From Octopus vulgaris (lineage: Eukaryota), in assembly GCA_951406725.2 (NCBI GenBank), contig OX597826.1, forward strand, positions 9,982,001 to 10,046,000: a stretch of 64,000 bases of DNA. The letters are read 5' to 3'. A program made the translations under genes and the position numbers. This document shows, in pieces, positions 39,020-53,159 of the stretch. The notes under the pieces were generated by a model, which saw only the letters and a list, made by a program, of their open reading frames with translations, was not told where the DNA came from and searched no databases. Positions within the stretch are counted from its first letter, which is position 1; every line of letters begins with the position of its first letter.

Positions 39020-39708
39020 CTAGCACTATGACCCGGCGTTGTTGGGTCTAGTGCTAGTGAAGCATTTTGGTCTTTCATGAAAATCCTGCTCTCTTGTCAT
39101 TCACTTGGTGTAACTTGTTAATTATTCCCTGCATTTCTTAAATCAAAAAAGCGTGCACGTTTGAAAGCCAAAACACATGATAACGAGTCTTTGCAAAACA
39201 CTAAAGTGCGCAGAGTCATACAGACTGTCTGTAAATGCGCATCCAACTGTCAGGTGTAAAATTATCTTCATCCAATCAAAAAACAGACATTTATAGATAT
39301 AGAGATTTTAAGCAAACGTTTAGAAATTCTCTGGGAAACTGGAAATCCGGGACAGTTCCAGTCCTAAATTGGATAAATTGGTCTGGTACAGTATTGAGGT
39401 GTGATACATAACAAAGGAAGGGAAATGCAGAGTTTTAAAGAGTTATTTCCCTTGCTATGGTTTAATATCTTTAGATTAAACTGCTGGATTAAGTGAACGT
39501 CCCTTGTATTAAAGACTTTTGTTACCTGAAACAATTTTTTTTAATGGTTTTCAGGGGTAACTGGGGAAATGAAAAGATCTTCACGACCACCCTTGTACGG
39601 TTTTGAATGACCATAGAAAGTGCAAGCCCTCTAACTGAAAAATTGCGGATTTGTATAAAGGACACACACACACACACACAGACATTTTGCCGTTTATATA
39701 TATAGAGA
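39020..39708 (-). mobile_element. Non-autonomous Helitron
   Basis: 5' TC(TCTATATATATAAA), 3' palindrome and CTAG; 5' ~170 bp shared with the 9739-10110 element. Confidence 0.7.
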
Positions 39709-39775
39709 TACTCATGCCAAAGTTTGTTTTCCACAGACATCTCATTTTTAATAAAAGTAAAGAATGAATACTCAC

Positions 39776-39856
39776 TTTCACTATATTGGCACATTGCGTG
39801 CCCTTGCCAGCACCTGGTCCTCCAAGAACAAACACAACATTGAACTTTTTGCTCAT
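39776..39856 (-). CDS. CMPK1: CMPK1 (UMP-CMP kinase) first conserved coding exon, [27 protein letters not shown]
   Basis: P-loop [11 protein letters not shown]; GTGAG donor at 39775; exon begins at acceptor 39915. Confidence 0.95.
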
Positions 39857-41346
39857 TATCACAGACGACAAGGAAGACTTCTGGATGAAAGTTTTCAAAT
39901 AATACTTGAGACAGCCTAAAACGGTTAAAAACAACAAAAAGAAAAAAAAAACGATGAAGCATTTCTTGGATGAGAAGTTGGCAAATCATTATTCCAATGT
40001 CTTTGTTTGTCTCCCACCACCACTACTACTACTTGTCAGTTTGTTTTCATACCCTGTTACTTAGCAGTTCAGCAAAAGACACTGACAGAATAAGTACTAG
40101 ACTTATAAAATAAGTTGTGGGATTGGTTTGTTCAACTAAAACCCTTCAAGCCACAGTCTAATGACTGAAATAAGTAAAATGTAAAAAGTAAATAATACCA
40201 TGATGTTCTTCAACACCAAATCAACCTTAATCAAAAGAGGCCCTTTATCAAAGGTATTCCAGCCCTGACCATCCCATCTTCAGGTGCAGCTGGGATTACA
40301 TGGTCTAATGTGCTTTTTGATTTTAAGATGGTGGAGTGTGACTTGAGGGAGATTGAGTGGCTCCTTCAAGGAGTGTGAGTGGTTGCACAAAGGTTGGTTC
40401 ACTGCTAATGTCACATCAGACTTTAGTGGAACATGTGTGAATCATAGGTGGTCATGCATCTTTAAAACGGTGCACCATATTCAGTTTTTTAAATATGTAA
40501 TGGCAGTACCACAGCATGGCCACTGCCACTGGGTTGGAATACATAATAAAATGCCTTACAAAAAACATTAGAATACCTAAATGCTTTATAAAACTACTGG
40601 CATTAAACATAATTAAAGAGGGTGCATCCATGGCCTTGAGGTCATGAAGTTTGTTTTGCGATCATGTTGTTCCAGATTTGAAGCGAGGGCATGGTGCTTT
40701 GAGCAAGCATCTGCTATACCCTCGGGTTTATGCGTGAAATTGGATAGATGTAAACCATGTGGAAGTCAGTCAGAAGGACTGTAGTTGTTGGATGGTAGAC
40801 TTAATCTATTGTCCAATTTCACACCACTACTTACACTTTGAACATCTTGAGTGGAGTTCACTTACAAGTGTTCAGAACAGGTCACTGATCAAAGGTTGCC
40901 CCATGAGTTATAGTTTTTATCTATCATTCCTTCAACCTTGGAAGCTCTGTACAAAGGCCAAAGGAACACTCGGCCAGATATACCTCACCATATGTTGATA
41001 ATTAGTTCCAAGATATGCAGCCTTAACACGTAAAAAAAAATGACATAATATTAGAAATCATTTTAAAAAAGTTGCTTTTGTTTTTTTTAATAAGAGGTTT
41101 GTACAGATTTTTGCATGAATTTTATTTGATGTTTTTCAGTTCAGTATTGGTTTTTAAGTGTATTTTTCAGGTGTTCCAATGACTGGAACAAGTAAAAGAC
41201 AGAAGATTCATTCCTTAGGCAATCAGGAAGGTGTGGCTTCATTTCATCTAATTTAAACGGTTGGACGCATAGCCATTGTAGCCCCACCCGAGACCAGAGA
41301 GACGTCCACGTGAAGAAAAGAGACTACTGTAGTCATCATCATTTAA

Positions 41347-41523
41347 CCCTTTCATTACCAACCCGGCTCTGGCTCTGAGTACAAATGTCATGTTTCCATA
41401 AACTTTGAATTAAAATCTTCCACCAAACCTTAGTCACAATTTATATTCCTAACACTAGCTGAATGATAACAAAGTTATTTAAAAAACATAGACCATCTCA
41501 AAATAAATACAGTAATGAAAGGG
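41347..41523. mobile_element. piggyBac-type MITE (same family as 18629)
   Basis: TTAA TSD, TIR CCCTTTCATTAC/GTAATGAAAGGG; inserted into an RTE tail. Confidence 0.85.
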
Positions 41524-43217
41524 TTAATGTCCATTTTCCATGCATGGGTTGGACAGTATGAGAAAAGCTGGCTAGCTAGAGAATTGTCCATGCCCCAATT
41601 GTCTGTTTTGGCATGGTTTCTATGGCTGGATGCCCTTCCTAATGCCAACCACTTTACAGAGTGCACTGGGTGCTTTTCATAAGCCATCAGCAGGACTGCA
41701 ATACGCATGGCATGAGTGTATTTCATGCAGCACCAGCACAAATGCATTTTACATGGCAGTGGCACAAGTGCATTCTATGTGGCACCTGTAAGACAAAGTG
41801 CTCTCAGCTGATAGAGACTGGGAGTGGTGGCCATAAAGGGCAGGCCTGTATGTATGGATGACTGCAATTTTACAGTAGTAGCAATAGAAAAGCAGAATGA
41901 AGACACAGCATATCTGTGGGTCAGATATTGAAGCGTTTTGGTAAGTGACTTTTGTCATTAAGCTGAGAGAACTGATTTGTGTTTTAGATAAGGCCCAGGA
42001 TATTTGTATGCGTAACAGTACACCTGCCCCAGATATGAGAGTGTTAATGCATTGTGGATCTAAATTATACCATGATGAGCTTTGTGTGCTAATTTTTGAG
42101 TTGTATTTTATTAACTTAGCTTCAATGATTGATCTTCAAGCTTTGGGAGAGGGGAATTCTAAACAAGATGCATATAGGCATGGCTGTGTGATAAGAAGCT
42201 TACTTTGCAAAGGCGGTGAGCTGGCAGAATTGTTAGCACGCCGGGCGAAATGCTTAACAGTATTTCGTCTGCCGCTACGTTCTGAGTTCAAATTCCGCCG
42301 AGGTCGACTTTGCCTTTCGTCCTTTCGGGGTCGATTAAATAAGTACCAGTTATGCACTGGGGTCCATATAATCAACTTAATCCGTTTGTCCATCCTTGTT
42401 TGTCCCCTCTATGTTTAGCCCCTTGTGGGTAGTAAAGAAAAAAAAAAAAAAGAAGCTTACTTTGCAACTACATGGTTTTGGGTTCAGTCCCATTGTACAG
42501 CACCATGGTTAGGTATCCCCAACTATAAACCGCGGATCAAACAATGCCTTGTAAGTGAATTTGGAAAACAGAAACTGCAGAACCCTGTTTCTACATACAC
42601 ACACACACACACATATATGTGTGTGTGTAGCTCTCTGTGTCTATCTGTCCCTCACCCACTGCTCAACAGCGAGTGTTAGTTTGTTTACATCCTTATAACA
42701 GAGCAGTTCAGCAAAAGAGAATGATAAAATAAGTACCAGACTTCAAAAAAGTAAGTACTGGGGTTGATTTATTTGACTAAAAACCTTTGAGGCCAGTGCC
42801 CCAGCATGGCCACAGTCCAATGAATAAAACAAAGAAAAAAAGATAAGAGTTATCACAAAGGTGGTGCTCCAGCATGGACACAGTCAAATGACTGAGGCAA
42901 GTAAAAGAATAAAAAGAATAAATAAAAAAAAATAGCTCTTTTGTAAATGATAAGTCATATCTTCATAATAATACAAAAGTTTAACTAGATAATTGGACCT
43001 TTGTAACGAACTAAGATCATTTCTGATTTAATCAAGATCAGTAAGTTCAAGATATTGCAATAAATATAATCGCAGGTATGACTCAGATAAGAAGTCTGCT
43101 TTCCAATCACGTAGTTTCTGTTTCCATCCCAGAACATGACACTTCGGGCAAGTGTCTTGTATTACAACCTCAAGCCAACCAAATAACTTGTGAGTAAAAT
43201 TTGGTAGATGAAAACTG

Positions 43218-43634
43218 GGATCTTTTCGGTTTGAACGGCAGCTTTTTCTAGCGGTGTCACATGAAATTGTCACCCATAATTATGACCCTAGTATCGATCT
43301 ATTGCATTTCAATCTGTTTTGGGGTTAGGGGTGGTGGGAAGGGTATCTTTTTTTCTTCACAAATGTAAATAAACCCAATCTGTTTCTTAAACGAGGGACA
43401 TATTCATATGGCACAGAATGTTTTTTTTTTTACCTCAATGGACGTCATTGATTGGTTGAAATTGCAGAAAATGAAGAAAAAAAACAACAAATATCTTACA
43501 AACTGTAGAATTTTCTCAATAAAGCCAAGAGAAAAAGATGTTTTATAAACACATTCTACCAGTATACGAAGTTTAGAAGTGTTTAGTTACATGGAAATTA
43601 TTTTTAAAAACTGCCGTTCAAACCGAAAAGATCC
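43218..43634 (+). mobile_element. Merlin-like MITE with internal TTAGGG
   Basis: ~28-bp TIR GGATCTTTTCGGTTTGAACGGCAGTTTT, 8-bp TSD. Confidence 0.8.
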
Positions 43635-45905
43635 GACAACTGTACTGAAGCCCATTGTGTAGATACATGTTTGTGTGTGTTTTCCTTGTCTCTTCACATT
43701 GTCATTATGTGAAGCAAATCAGTAAGAGTGGTTTTGTTTGTTGTAAACAATATGCCCCATAACACACACTTATGTGTAAAGACAATCATTATTATCATTG
43801 TTTTAATATCCACTTTTCTATGCTAACCTGGGTCATACAGTTTATTGAGACAGATTCTCTACAGTCCTTCATGTCACCAACCTCCAACTGTTTCCAAGTA
43901 AAATAATATTTCCCCATGGCCAGATATGTTTTTGCAGAAATTGGAAATGAATAACACTTGTTATTCAACCATCACACAAAGCCAATACAAAGAAGGATGA
44001 ACACACACACACAAATACGATGGGCTTCTTTCAGTTTCTGTCAACCAAATCCACTCACAAGGCTTTGGATGGCTTGGGGCTATAGTAGAAGATACTTTCC
44101 CAAGGTGAAGGTGCCACAGAATGGGATTGAACCCAAAACCAAGTGGGTGGGGAAACAGACTTTTTACCCACTAGGTCATGCCTGCACCGGTGTCTTATAC
44201 CTTACATATGAAACAGTTAAGTGTTTGTAACAAGAAGAGCAACTGACTATAAAATAACTCTCATCCAAACTCATAGTAACATAAGTTCGACAATGATGAT
44301 GATGATATCAGGATCAATTTTGTTGATAGTCTTCAATGGTAGATGTTATTGTTACTGGAACAGTTTAATAACAGACGTGGTAACTGCCAAGATTCTTTCT
44401 CTCTTTGCAGTTCTTTTTATTTTCATCTCAAATGTCTTCAATTATTCCTGATTTGATTCACATACCAATTTGACTATTTAATCCTCCAAATTACACATTA
44501 ATCATCACTACATCTGCAGAATGAGTAGTTATGAAGCTAGTATACATATAGTCATACTCTTTCTCTCTTTTACTCTTTTACTTGTTTCAGTCATTTGACT
44601 GCGGCCATGCTGGAGCACCGCCTTTAATCGAGCAACTCAACCCCAGGACTTATTCTTTTGTAAACCCAGTACTTATTCTATCGATCTCTTTTGCCGAACT
44701 GCTAGGTAACGGGGACAAAAACACACCAGCATCAGTTGTCAAGCAATGCTAGGGGGACAAACACAGACACACAAACACACACGCGCATATATATACATAT
44801 ATACGACGGGCTTCTTTCAGTGGATTACCAAATCCACTCACAAGGCTTCGGTTGGCCCGAGGCTATAGTAGAAAACACTTGCCCAAGGTGCCACGCAGTG
44901 GGAATGAACCCGGAACCATGTGGTTGGTACTTACCACACAGCCACTCCTGCAATAATATTTTGAACGTTATGGCAAGTTGCACACAAGAGTGAGACAAAC
45001 ATTGTTTTATTAATCAGTGACATTCATCAATGAGTCATCATCATTATAGCATTCACTTTTGCATACTCAAATAGGTTGGATGGAATTGGTTGAAGCAGAT
45101 TCTCTATAGGTGGATGCCCTTCCTGTCACCAACTCCCACATGTGTCCGACTAAGGTAATATTACAAGAAATCTTTCCACAGAATATGATGTTGCCACACA
45201 TTTTCAACTATCATGTATTATCAAGGCAGGGAGACTAACACACATGTGTGCATACACATATGCCAGCATGGAAAACGGATATTAAATGTGGATGATGAAC
45301 GATAATATATCATGGGCCTCTCTCCGTTTTTGTTGACCCAATTCACTCACATTGGATCTATAGTAGAAGGCATTTACCTAAGGCGCCGTACAGAGGAACT
45401 GAACTTAGAATCATGTTGGGAAGCAAATTTCTCATCACACAACCACACCAGAGTAATAAACTATAATTCCTTCAAGACAAAGTCACAAACACTCTCTCTC
45501 TCTCTCTTTTTCTTGTTTCAGTCATTTGACTGCGGCCATGCTGGAGCACCGCATAAAAAGAATAAATTTTAAAAAATAGCTCTTTTGTAAATGATAAGTC
45601 CTATCTTCATAATATTTGTCGGTATTAAACTAATCATGGAAATTATTATTAATCGCAAAATACAAAAGTTTAACTAGATAATTGGACCTTTGTAACGAAC
45701 TAAGATCATTTCTGATTTAATCAAGATCAGTAAGTTCAAGATATTGCAATAAATATAATCGCAGGTATGACTCAGATAAGAAGTCTGCTTTCCAATCACG
45801 TAGTTTCTGTTTCCATCCCAGAACATGACACTTCGGGCAAGTGTCATGTTTTACAACCTCAAGCCAACCAATAACTTGTGAGTAAAATTTGGTAGATGAA
45901 AACTG

Positions 45906-46332
45906 GGATCTTTTCAGTTTGAACGGCAGTTTTTTCTAGCGGTGTCATATGAAATTGTCACTCATAATTATGACCCTAGTATCGCTCTATTGCATTTCAA
46001 TCTGTTTTAGGGTTAGGGTTAGAGATAGGGGTGGGGGGAAGGGTATCTTTTTTTCTTCACAAATGTAAATAAACCCAATCTGTTTCTTAAACGAGGGACA
46101 TATTCATACGGCACAGAATGTTTTCTTTTACCTCAATGGACGTCATTGATTGGTTGAAATTGCAGAAAATGAAGAAAAAAAAACAACAAGTATCTTACAA
46201 ACTATAGAATTTTCTCAATAAAGCCAAGAGAAAAAGATGTTTTATAAACACATTCTACCAGTATACGAAGTTTAGAAGTGTTTAGTTACATGGAAATTAT
46301 GTTAAAAACTGCCGTTCAAACCGAAAAGATCT
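45906..46332 (+). mobile_element. Merlin-like MITE (duplicated copy)
   Basis: Same TIR; perfect TSD GAAAACTG. Confidence 0.8.
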
Positions 46333-48431
46333 GAAAACTGTACTGAAGCCCATTGTGTAGATACATGTTTGTATGTGTGTATTTTCCTTGTCTCTTCACA
46401 TTGTCATTATGTGAAGCAAATCAGTAAGAGTGGTTTTGTTTGTTGTAACCAATATGCCCCATAACACACAGTTATGTGTAAAGACAATCATTATTATCAT
46501 TGTTTTAATATCCACTTTTCTATGCTAACCTGGGTCATACAGTGTACTGAGACAGATTTTCTAGTCCTTCCTGTCACCAACCTCCAACTGTTTCCAAATA
46601 AAATAATATTTCCCCATGGCCAGATATGTTTTTGCAGAAATTGGAAATGAATAACACTTGTTATTCAACCATCACACAAAGCCAATACAAAGAAGCATGA
46701 ACACACACACACAAATACGATGGGCTTCTTTCAGTTTCTGTCAACCAAATCCACTCACAAGGCTTTGGATGGCCTGGGGCTATAGTAGAAGATACTTTCC
46801 CAAGGTGAAGGTGCCACACAATGGGATTGAACCCAAAACCAAGTGGGTGGGGAAACAGACTTTTTTACCCACTAGGTCATGCCTGCACCGGTGTCTTATA
46901 CCTTACATATGAAACAGTTAAGTGTTTGTAACAAGAAGAGCAACTGACTATAAAATGACTCTCATCCAAACTCATAGTAATGTAAGTTCGACAATGATGA
47001 TGATGATATCAGGATCAATTTTGTTGATAGTCTTCAATGGTAGATGTTATTGTTACTGGAACAGTTTAGTAACAGACGTGGTAACTGCCAAGATTCTTTC
47101 TCTCTTTGTAGTTCTTTTTATTTTCATCTCAAATATCTTCAATTATTCCTGATTTGATTCACATACCAACTTGACTATTTAATCCTCCAAATTAGACATT
47201 AATCATCACTACATCTGCAGAATGAGTAGTTATGAAGCTAGTATACATATAGTCATACTCTTTCTCTCTTTTACTCTTTTACTTGTTTCAGTCATTTGAC
47301 TGCAGCCATGCTGGAGCACCGCCTTTAATCGAGCAACTCGACCCCAGGACTTATTCTTTTGTAAACCCAGTACTTATTCTATCGGTCTCTTTTGCCGAAC
47401 CGCTAGGTAACGGGGACAAAAACACACCAGCATCAGTTGTCAAGCAATGCTAGGGGGACAAACACAGACACACAAACACACACGCGCATATATATACATA
47501 TATACGACGGGCTTCTTTCAGTGGATTACCAAATCCACTCACAAGGCTTCGGTTGGCCCGAGGCTATAGTAGAAGACACTTGCCCAAGGTGCCACGCAGT
47601 GGGAATGAACCCGGAACCATGTGGTAGGTAAACAAGCTACTTACCACACAGCCACTCCTGCAATAATATTTTGAACATTATGGCAAGTTGCACACAAGAG
47701 TGAGACAAACATTGTTTTATTAATCAGTGACATTCATCAATGAGTCATCATCATTATAGCATTCACTTTTGCATACTCAAATAGGTTGGATGGAATTGGT
47801 TGAAGCAGATTCTCTATAGGTGGATGCCCTTCCTGTCACCAACTCCCACGTGTTTCCAACTAAGGTAATATTACAAGAAATCTTTCCACAGAATATGATG
47901 TTGCCACACATTTTCAACTATCATGTATTATCAAGGCAGGGAGACTAACACACATGTGTGCATACACATATGCCAGCATGGAAAACGGATATTAAATGTG
48001 GATGATGAACGATAATATATCATGGGCCTCTCTTCGTTTTTGTTGACCCAATTCACTCACATTGGATCTATAGTAGAAGGCATTTACCTAAAGCGCCGTA
48101 CAGAGGAACTGAACTTAGAACCATGTTGGGAAGCAAATTTCTCATCACACAACCACACCAGAGTAATTAACTATAATTCCTTCAAGACAAAGTCACAAAC
48201 ACTCTCTCTCTCTCTCACTCTCTCTCTTTTTCTTGTTTCAGTCATTTGACTGCGGCCATGCTGGAGCACCGCCTTTAATCGAGCAACTCAACCCTGGGAC
48301 TTATTCTTTTGTAAGCCCAGTACTTATTCTATCGGTCTCTTTTGCCGAACCGCTAAGTGACGGGGACATAAACACACCAGCATCGGTCGTCAAGCAATGC
48401 TAGGGGGACAAACACAAACATACAAACACGC

Positions 48432-48462
<31 letters not shown>

Positions 48463-48910
48463 TACGACAGGCTTCTTTCAGTTTCCGTCTACCAAATCCA
48501 CTCACAGGGCTTTGGTCGGCCTGAGGCTATAGTAGAAGACACTTGCCCAAGGTGCCACACAGTGGGACTGAACCCGGAACCATGTGGTTGGTAAACAAGC
48601 TACTTACCACACAGCCACTCCTACGCCTATTTATAAATTACAGCATAAACTTATAACTGTTCAAGTTGACTAGTCAGACAGGACATGCAAAAGTTTAAAA
48701 AAGTGAACATAAGTGATCAAATAAAAAATACAATTAAATAATGAAATCTTATATTGTTACAAAGACACAATGTTGTTTTTCAGCTCTGGGGCAAACCCAC
48801 CTATGACTAACAATACAGTATTTAAATTGGCTATATCCGGCTCAAATATCCTATGTTCAAACTTGTCAGATCTGGCCTCTGGCACCTACCCTACAATATT
48901 ATTCTAAAAA

Positions 48911-49295
48911 CTAGCAGTATCGCCCAGCGTTGCTCAGGTTTGTAAGGGAAATAACTATAAAGCATTTTCAGAGAGTTATAGCCAAAAAATAGCAAAAAAA
49001 TGGAAAAAAATGATGGTAAATTTTTTTTTGAGAGTTAAAAAGGATGGAGTTGCGTCCTCTAGACAGTTTGTGGTTCATGTTTCTGATTCTCGACCCCATG
49101 TCGAATTTATCGATTTTTTTCAGAACTGGGGGAACTTTTCAAAATTTTGGCTGCGTTAGTTTTGAATTATGACATTGGGCTATGTGTGTATCAAGTTTCA
49201 TCAGAATCGGTTGAAAGCCGTGGTCAGGGTGAGGGTACAAGCAAACAGACACACAGAAACACGCACAGACAAACTGCCGTTTATATATAGAGAGA
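48911..49295 (-). mobile_element. Non-autonomous Helitron nested in an older MITE
   Basis: A|TC...hairpin-CTAG|T termini, no TSD. Confidence 0.75.
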
Positions 49296-51075
49296 TGAAC
49301 AATTACATCATTGAAATCTTGAAGCTATGAGATAATTCTACGATTAATTCAAAACAATGTGAAGAAATAAGCATTACATTTGACGGAGTAATCTGGAAAG
49401 TCAACACCAGCAGGATAAACATGAGCAAAGATGAGATTACGGAGGAAGGACTGGATATAATGGTTAGTGTAGGAAAGGTGGAGGGAGACACACAAGAGTG
49501 ACAAGTGGACCAAGAGTGCCTCACTTGGGAAGGTACAATACCAGATGCCTACAAAGAACAAAAGCCAGTACAATAGTGATGAGAAAGAGAGAAAACAGCA
49601 TGTCTGTGGGCCAAAGCCTGGTGATTTAGTGCCAATTAATTGAATGGTCCTTGTCTGGATGCCTGTGTCCAGCAGCACCAACCTAGATGTGGGAACAATA
49701 TTCCATTACAAGCCTCACTTGAGCTTTGAAAAGAATTTCAATGATTTGTCAAATTTTAACTCACTTTCTCTTATTTAACTTCCAGTTGTGAGAAAAACTG
49801 TAATCATCATCATCATTACCATCGTTTAACATCTGCTTTCCATGCTAGCATGGGTTGGACGATTTTGACTAAGAGCTGGCGAACCAGATGGCTGCACCAG
49901 GCTCCAGTCTTGGTCTGGCAGAGTTTCTACAGCTGGATGCCCTTCCGAATGCCAACAACCCCAAGAGTGTAGTGGGTGCTTTTTACATGCCACCGGCACG
50001 GGGGCCAGTCAGGCGGTACTGGCAATGACCTCGCTCGAATCTTTTTACACGTTCCAATGAAGGGACGTTAGTAACGATCACGCTCGAATGGTGCCCTTTT
50101 ATGTGCCATGGGTGCGGAAGCCAGTTGGCTAGATTCAACCCCACTTTTTGCAACATAAAAATCACAAGTTGATCACGTGTGCAAACCCAATTTCGGTGCT
50201 GCTATTCATGTGATAGTCTGGTGGCATGACTAGAACCTTCTGTGAACAGAGACTACAAATACAGCTCATTTGAACATGAAAACTTCAGAGTGATTCCAGT
50301 CCTTGGTGGTATTCACTCTCACCAGCTGTTTTCACAGCTACATATTCAACCTGGTATGCTAGAAAAAAAAATTAAAACACTAAGGCACAAGAATATGTAT
50401 TGATGTTTAAAAATTAGACCGAAGAGCTTCTGCACTTGTCATATACATCGTTTTGTCTAGATATTCTTTTTCTTTTCTTTTGCATTGCAAGCCTTCCTAC
50501 ACTCACTAGAGATATGAGGCCAGTTCAGATGGGGAAAAACGCTCTATTTTACTGTGGTTGAGTTGAAGAACAGAACTGAAGGTCATTCATTCTTTAATGT
50601 AAACAAAACATGGATGCCAAACAAACGAATTGATACTGAGATTGACTTAATCTTTTCTAATCCCTTTTTTTGATAGATACAGATATATACCTCGCTCAGA
50701 GATTTATTATTGATATAGAAATTATTCCACATCTTTCATAAGAGTAGAGTAGAAAATGTTAATTTTCCTGTACTGGAATGGCTAAAATAAACACAGACAC
50801 ATCACCATTATCGTTTCTTCCATGCAGGCATGGGTTGGACAGCTCGACAGCATTCGATGAGTTGAAAGACTGTGGCGAGCTCCAGTGTATGTGTGTAATT
50901 GATATTTTACATGAAAACACGATTTATATTCGAGGCAATGCTGTATTTTTGTTATTGAATTCGTTACTGCTTGACTCCTCAAATATAAAGCACTTCCTTA
51001 TTGCCTATCCCTTAGCAGGAAAGTTGTGAAAATTGAAAAGTGGGTGGAAAAGCTGATATATTTAACAAAATTAAG

Positions 51076-51166
51076 GGAAGAGGTAAAGAATGCGCACACC
51101 AGCTGTTTTCGGTTTAACAAAAACCCTAACCCTAAACACCGGGAGTGTGTATTCTTTACTATCGCC
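51076..51166. mobile_element. 91-bp GG-ended MITE with CCCTAA repeats
   Basis: 8-bp TSD AAATTAAG; imperfect TIR with GTAAAGAAT core; related inverted copy at 51762-51856. Confidence 0.65.
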
Positions 51167-53159
51167 AAATTAAGATGGCTTTTGAACTTGTCCAACACCA
51201 ATGCAAACTATTTTGTTTTCTCATTAATAAAGTGGTAGGTGGGAATACAAAAAATTCAGGATGCTATTTTGAGAGCTGCAGCTCTTAACTAAAAGCTAAT
51301 CCCAATTCTGTATTTTTTTTTTTTTTTTTTGAGATAATGCATCTTAAACAGTGTGTTGTTATTCAATCGAGTTGTGCCTTTCCTAATGTGACGAGATCTA
51401 CATTTGTAATTTAAAAAAATATTCATAAACTTCAAAAACGTTTCCATGATCTTTTAGTTTCATTTTCTTTTTTTCCTATAAAAGTACTTTCACTTTTATC
51501 AGACCCTGGAAACGCCCCAGAAAATAGAAAACAATAACATTTTAAACTTAACTTCGTCATTCTAGTGCGACAAACTATTAAGCTCAAAAAGTAAAACTTT
51601 AAAAAAAAACAATTAATAAAATATCGTCACTGAAATTCTTTCGGAAGAATCTTGATGTGAAATCGTGAGTTAAAACAGATACTGTTCATTGAGAAAGTTA
51701 TTCTGCGAATAAAAACATACACTGGTTGTTATTGTAGTTCGTTGCTTTTATAGTTAATTAAGGCGAAAGTAAAGAATACGTAGACCCGGTAAGTTAGGGT
51801 TAAGATTAGGGTTTTTGTTTCGCCGAAAATGGGCGGCGTACGTATTCTTTACCTCCTTCATCTTTACCTTTAAAGATGAAGAAGTCGACCACAATCAGTG
51901 CGTGTGTTTTAACAGATGCTGCAATCTGATCACATTCTAAAAAGAAAAAAGCTCTAAGCATTGAGCATCTGCTTCAGCCCCGGTGAGGCAACACAATACA
52001 CACGCAAATGGTTTTCTTTCTTATGTACAAGAGTACTTTCCTAAGAGATATTCTCATTTGTTGTAGCTTGTATTTATTCCATTTATGTCGAAAGAGAAAG
52101 TTATCAATCAGCAACACATAATTGTGAAGAAACGTATTTAAAATTACTTGTGGAGCACTCAGATTCTGTCCTACATTTACTACCAAAGTCTATTTCTACT
52201 GATTTCGATTTTATTTCAAGTAAATAAAAAATTATTTACTTTGCGTTTTATTTACTTTGTTCGAAAAATATTTTTTAAAAAAACATTTTCTATGCGCGAA
52301 TCAATTCATTTGCATACGCGCAAGTCGTTGTAGGATCGACTACTTTACGACTAGATAGCGAGTGCGCGCACCGGGACCACTGTTCGCTAGTAGTACCGTT
52401 GTTTTACACCTATTACACTTTTTTTTTTTTTGTTTTTGTGCCCGGATCAGACCCGGAACATTCACGATGTGGATTTTCTGAGGACTCCTTTCGCGAGCAC
52501 CCTTTTTTTTTTGTCTTATTAATTTAGAGGAAATTGTTTAAGACCGGATCAAACGCTTATAAATAATACAATTATTTCTCGGACATGAAATAAACATCGA
52601 ATAAAATATACGCATTTAAATAACAGTGCATAATATGAAACTCTGGTAATTATTAAATAAATGATATAAAACAGTGTCTTTGTATAGCAAACCTTTAAAT
52701 TGAAAGTGTCGGGAAAAGCCTCTCAACATCAACTACGCGAACTGACAAGTGGAATGGGTGTACACCGAATAGATTTCCCTCTCTGTATATTATCCGCCCT
52801 TCACACTCGATGCAATGTTCAGAGCGGTCAAGGACAATCTGCGACTCGCGTGACTCTAAGCGGCATACCTGGCTAAAAATTACCTCGGATTTTTTTTTTA
52901 GTAGTGTGGTCCGTCTAATGATGAGCCATGTCCCATACGCCCCGCTTCACGAAAAAGATTGCCCATGTTTGGTTTAGGGTTTTGGGATGAATTCTGAATA
53001 CACTACATTTTCCTTCGATTCTAACTTCCTAAATACAGTAATCACTCACCATATTGCGGTTTATTATTTAAGCCTACGTCAATTCCTCTGTGGTGTTGTT
53101 TTGCATTTATAATAATAAAAAAATATAGAAATTATTTTTAAAATGATAATAAAATACAC

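Larger units (their letters stand above)
42909..48272. repeat. Direct tandem duplication (units 42909-45552 and 45553-48272)
   Basis: Unique and repeat content colinear and highly similar between units; paired ORFs 43958/46658, 44221/46922, 45312/48022. Confidence 0.95.

Noticed and set aside
44221-44451. Hydrophobic 76-aa ORF conserved in both duplicate units
   Set aside because: Conservation is explained by the recent duplication; no true ATG start and no recognisable family
52438-52500. tRNA-Sec or U6 gene (GCCCGGAT / GTGCTCGC starts)
   Set aside because: Similarity limited to 8 nt; no cloverleaf or ACAGAGA box
53044-53070. ATG|GTGAGT as CMPK1 first exon
   Set aside because: Phase 0 does not fit the phase-1 acceptor at 39915; no other support
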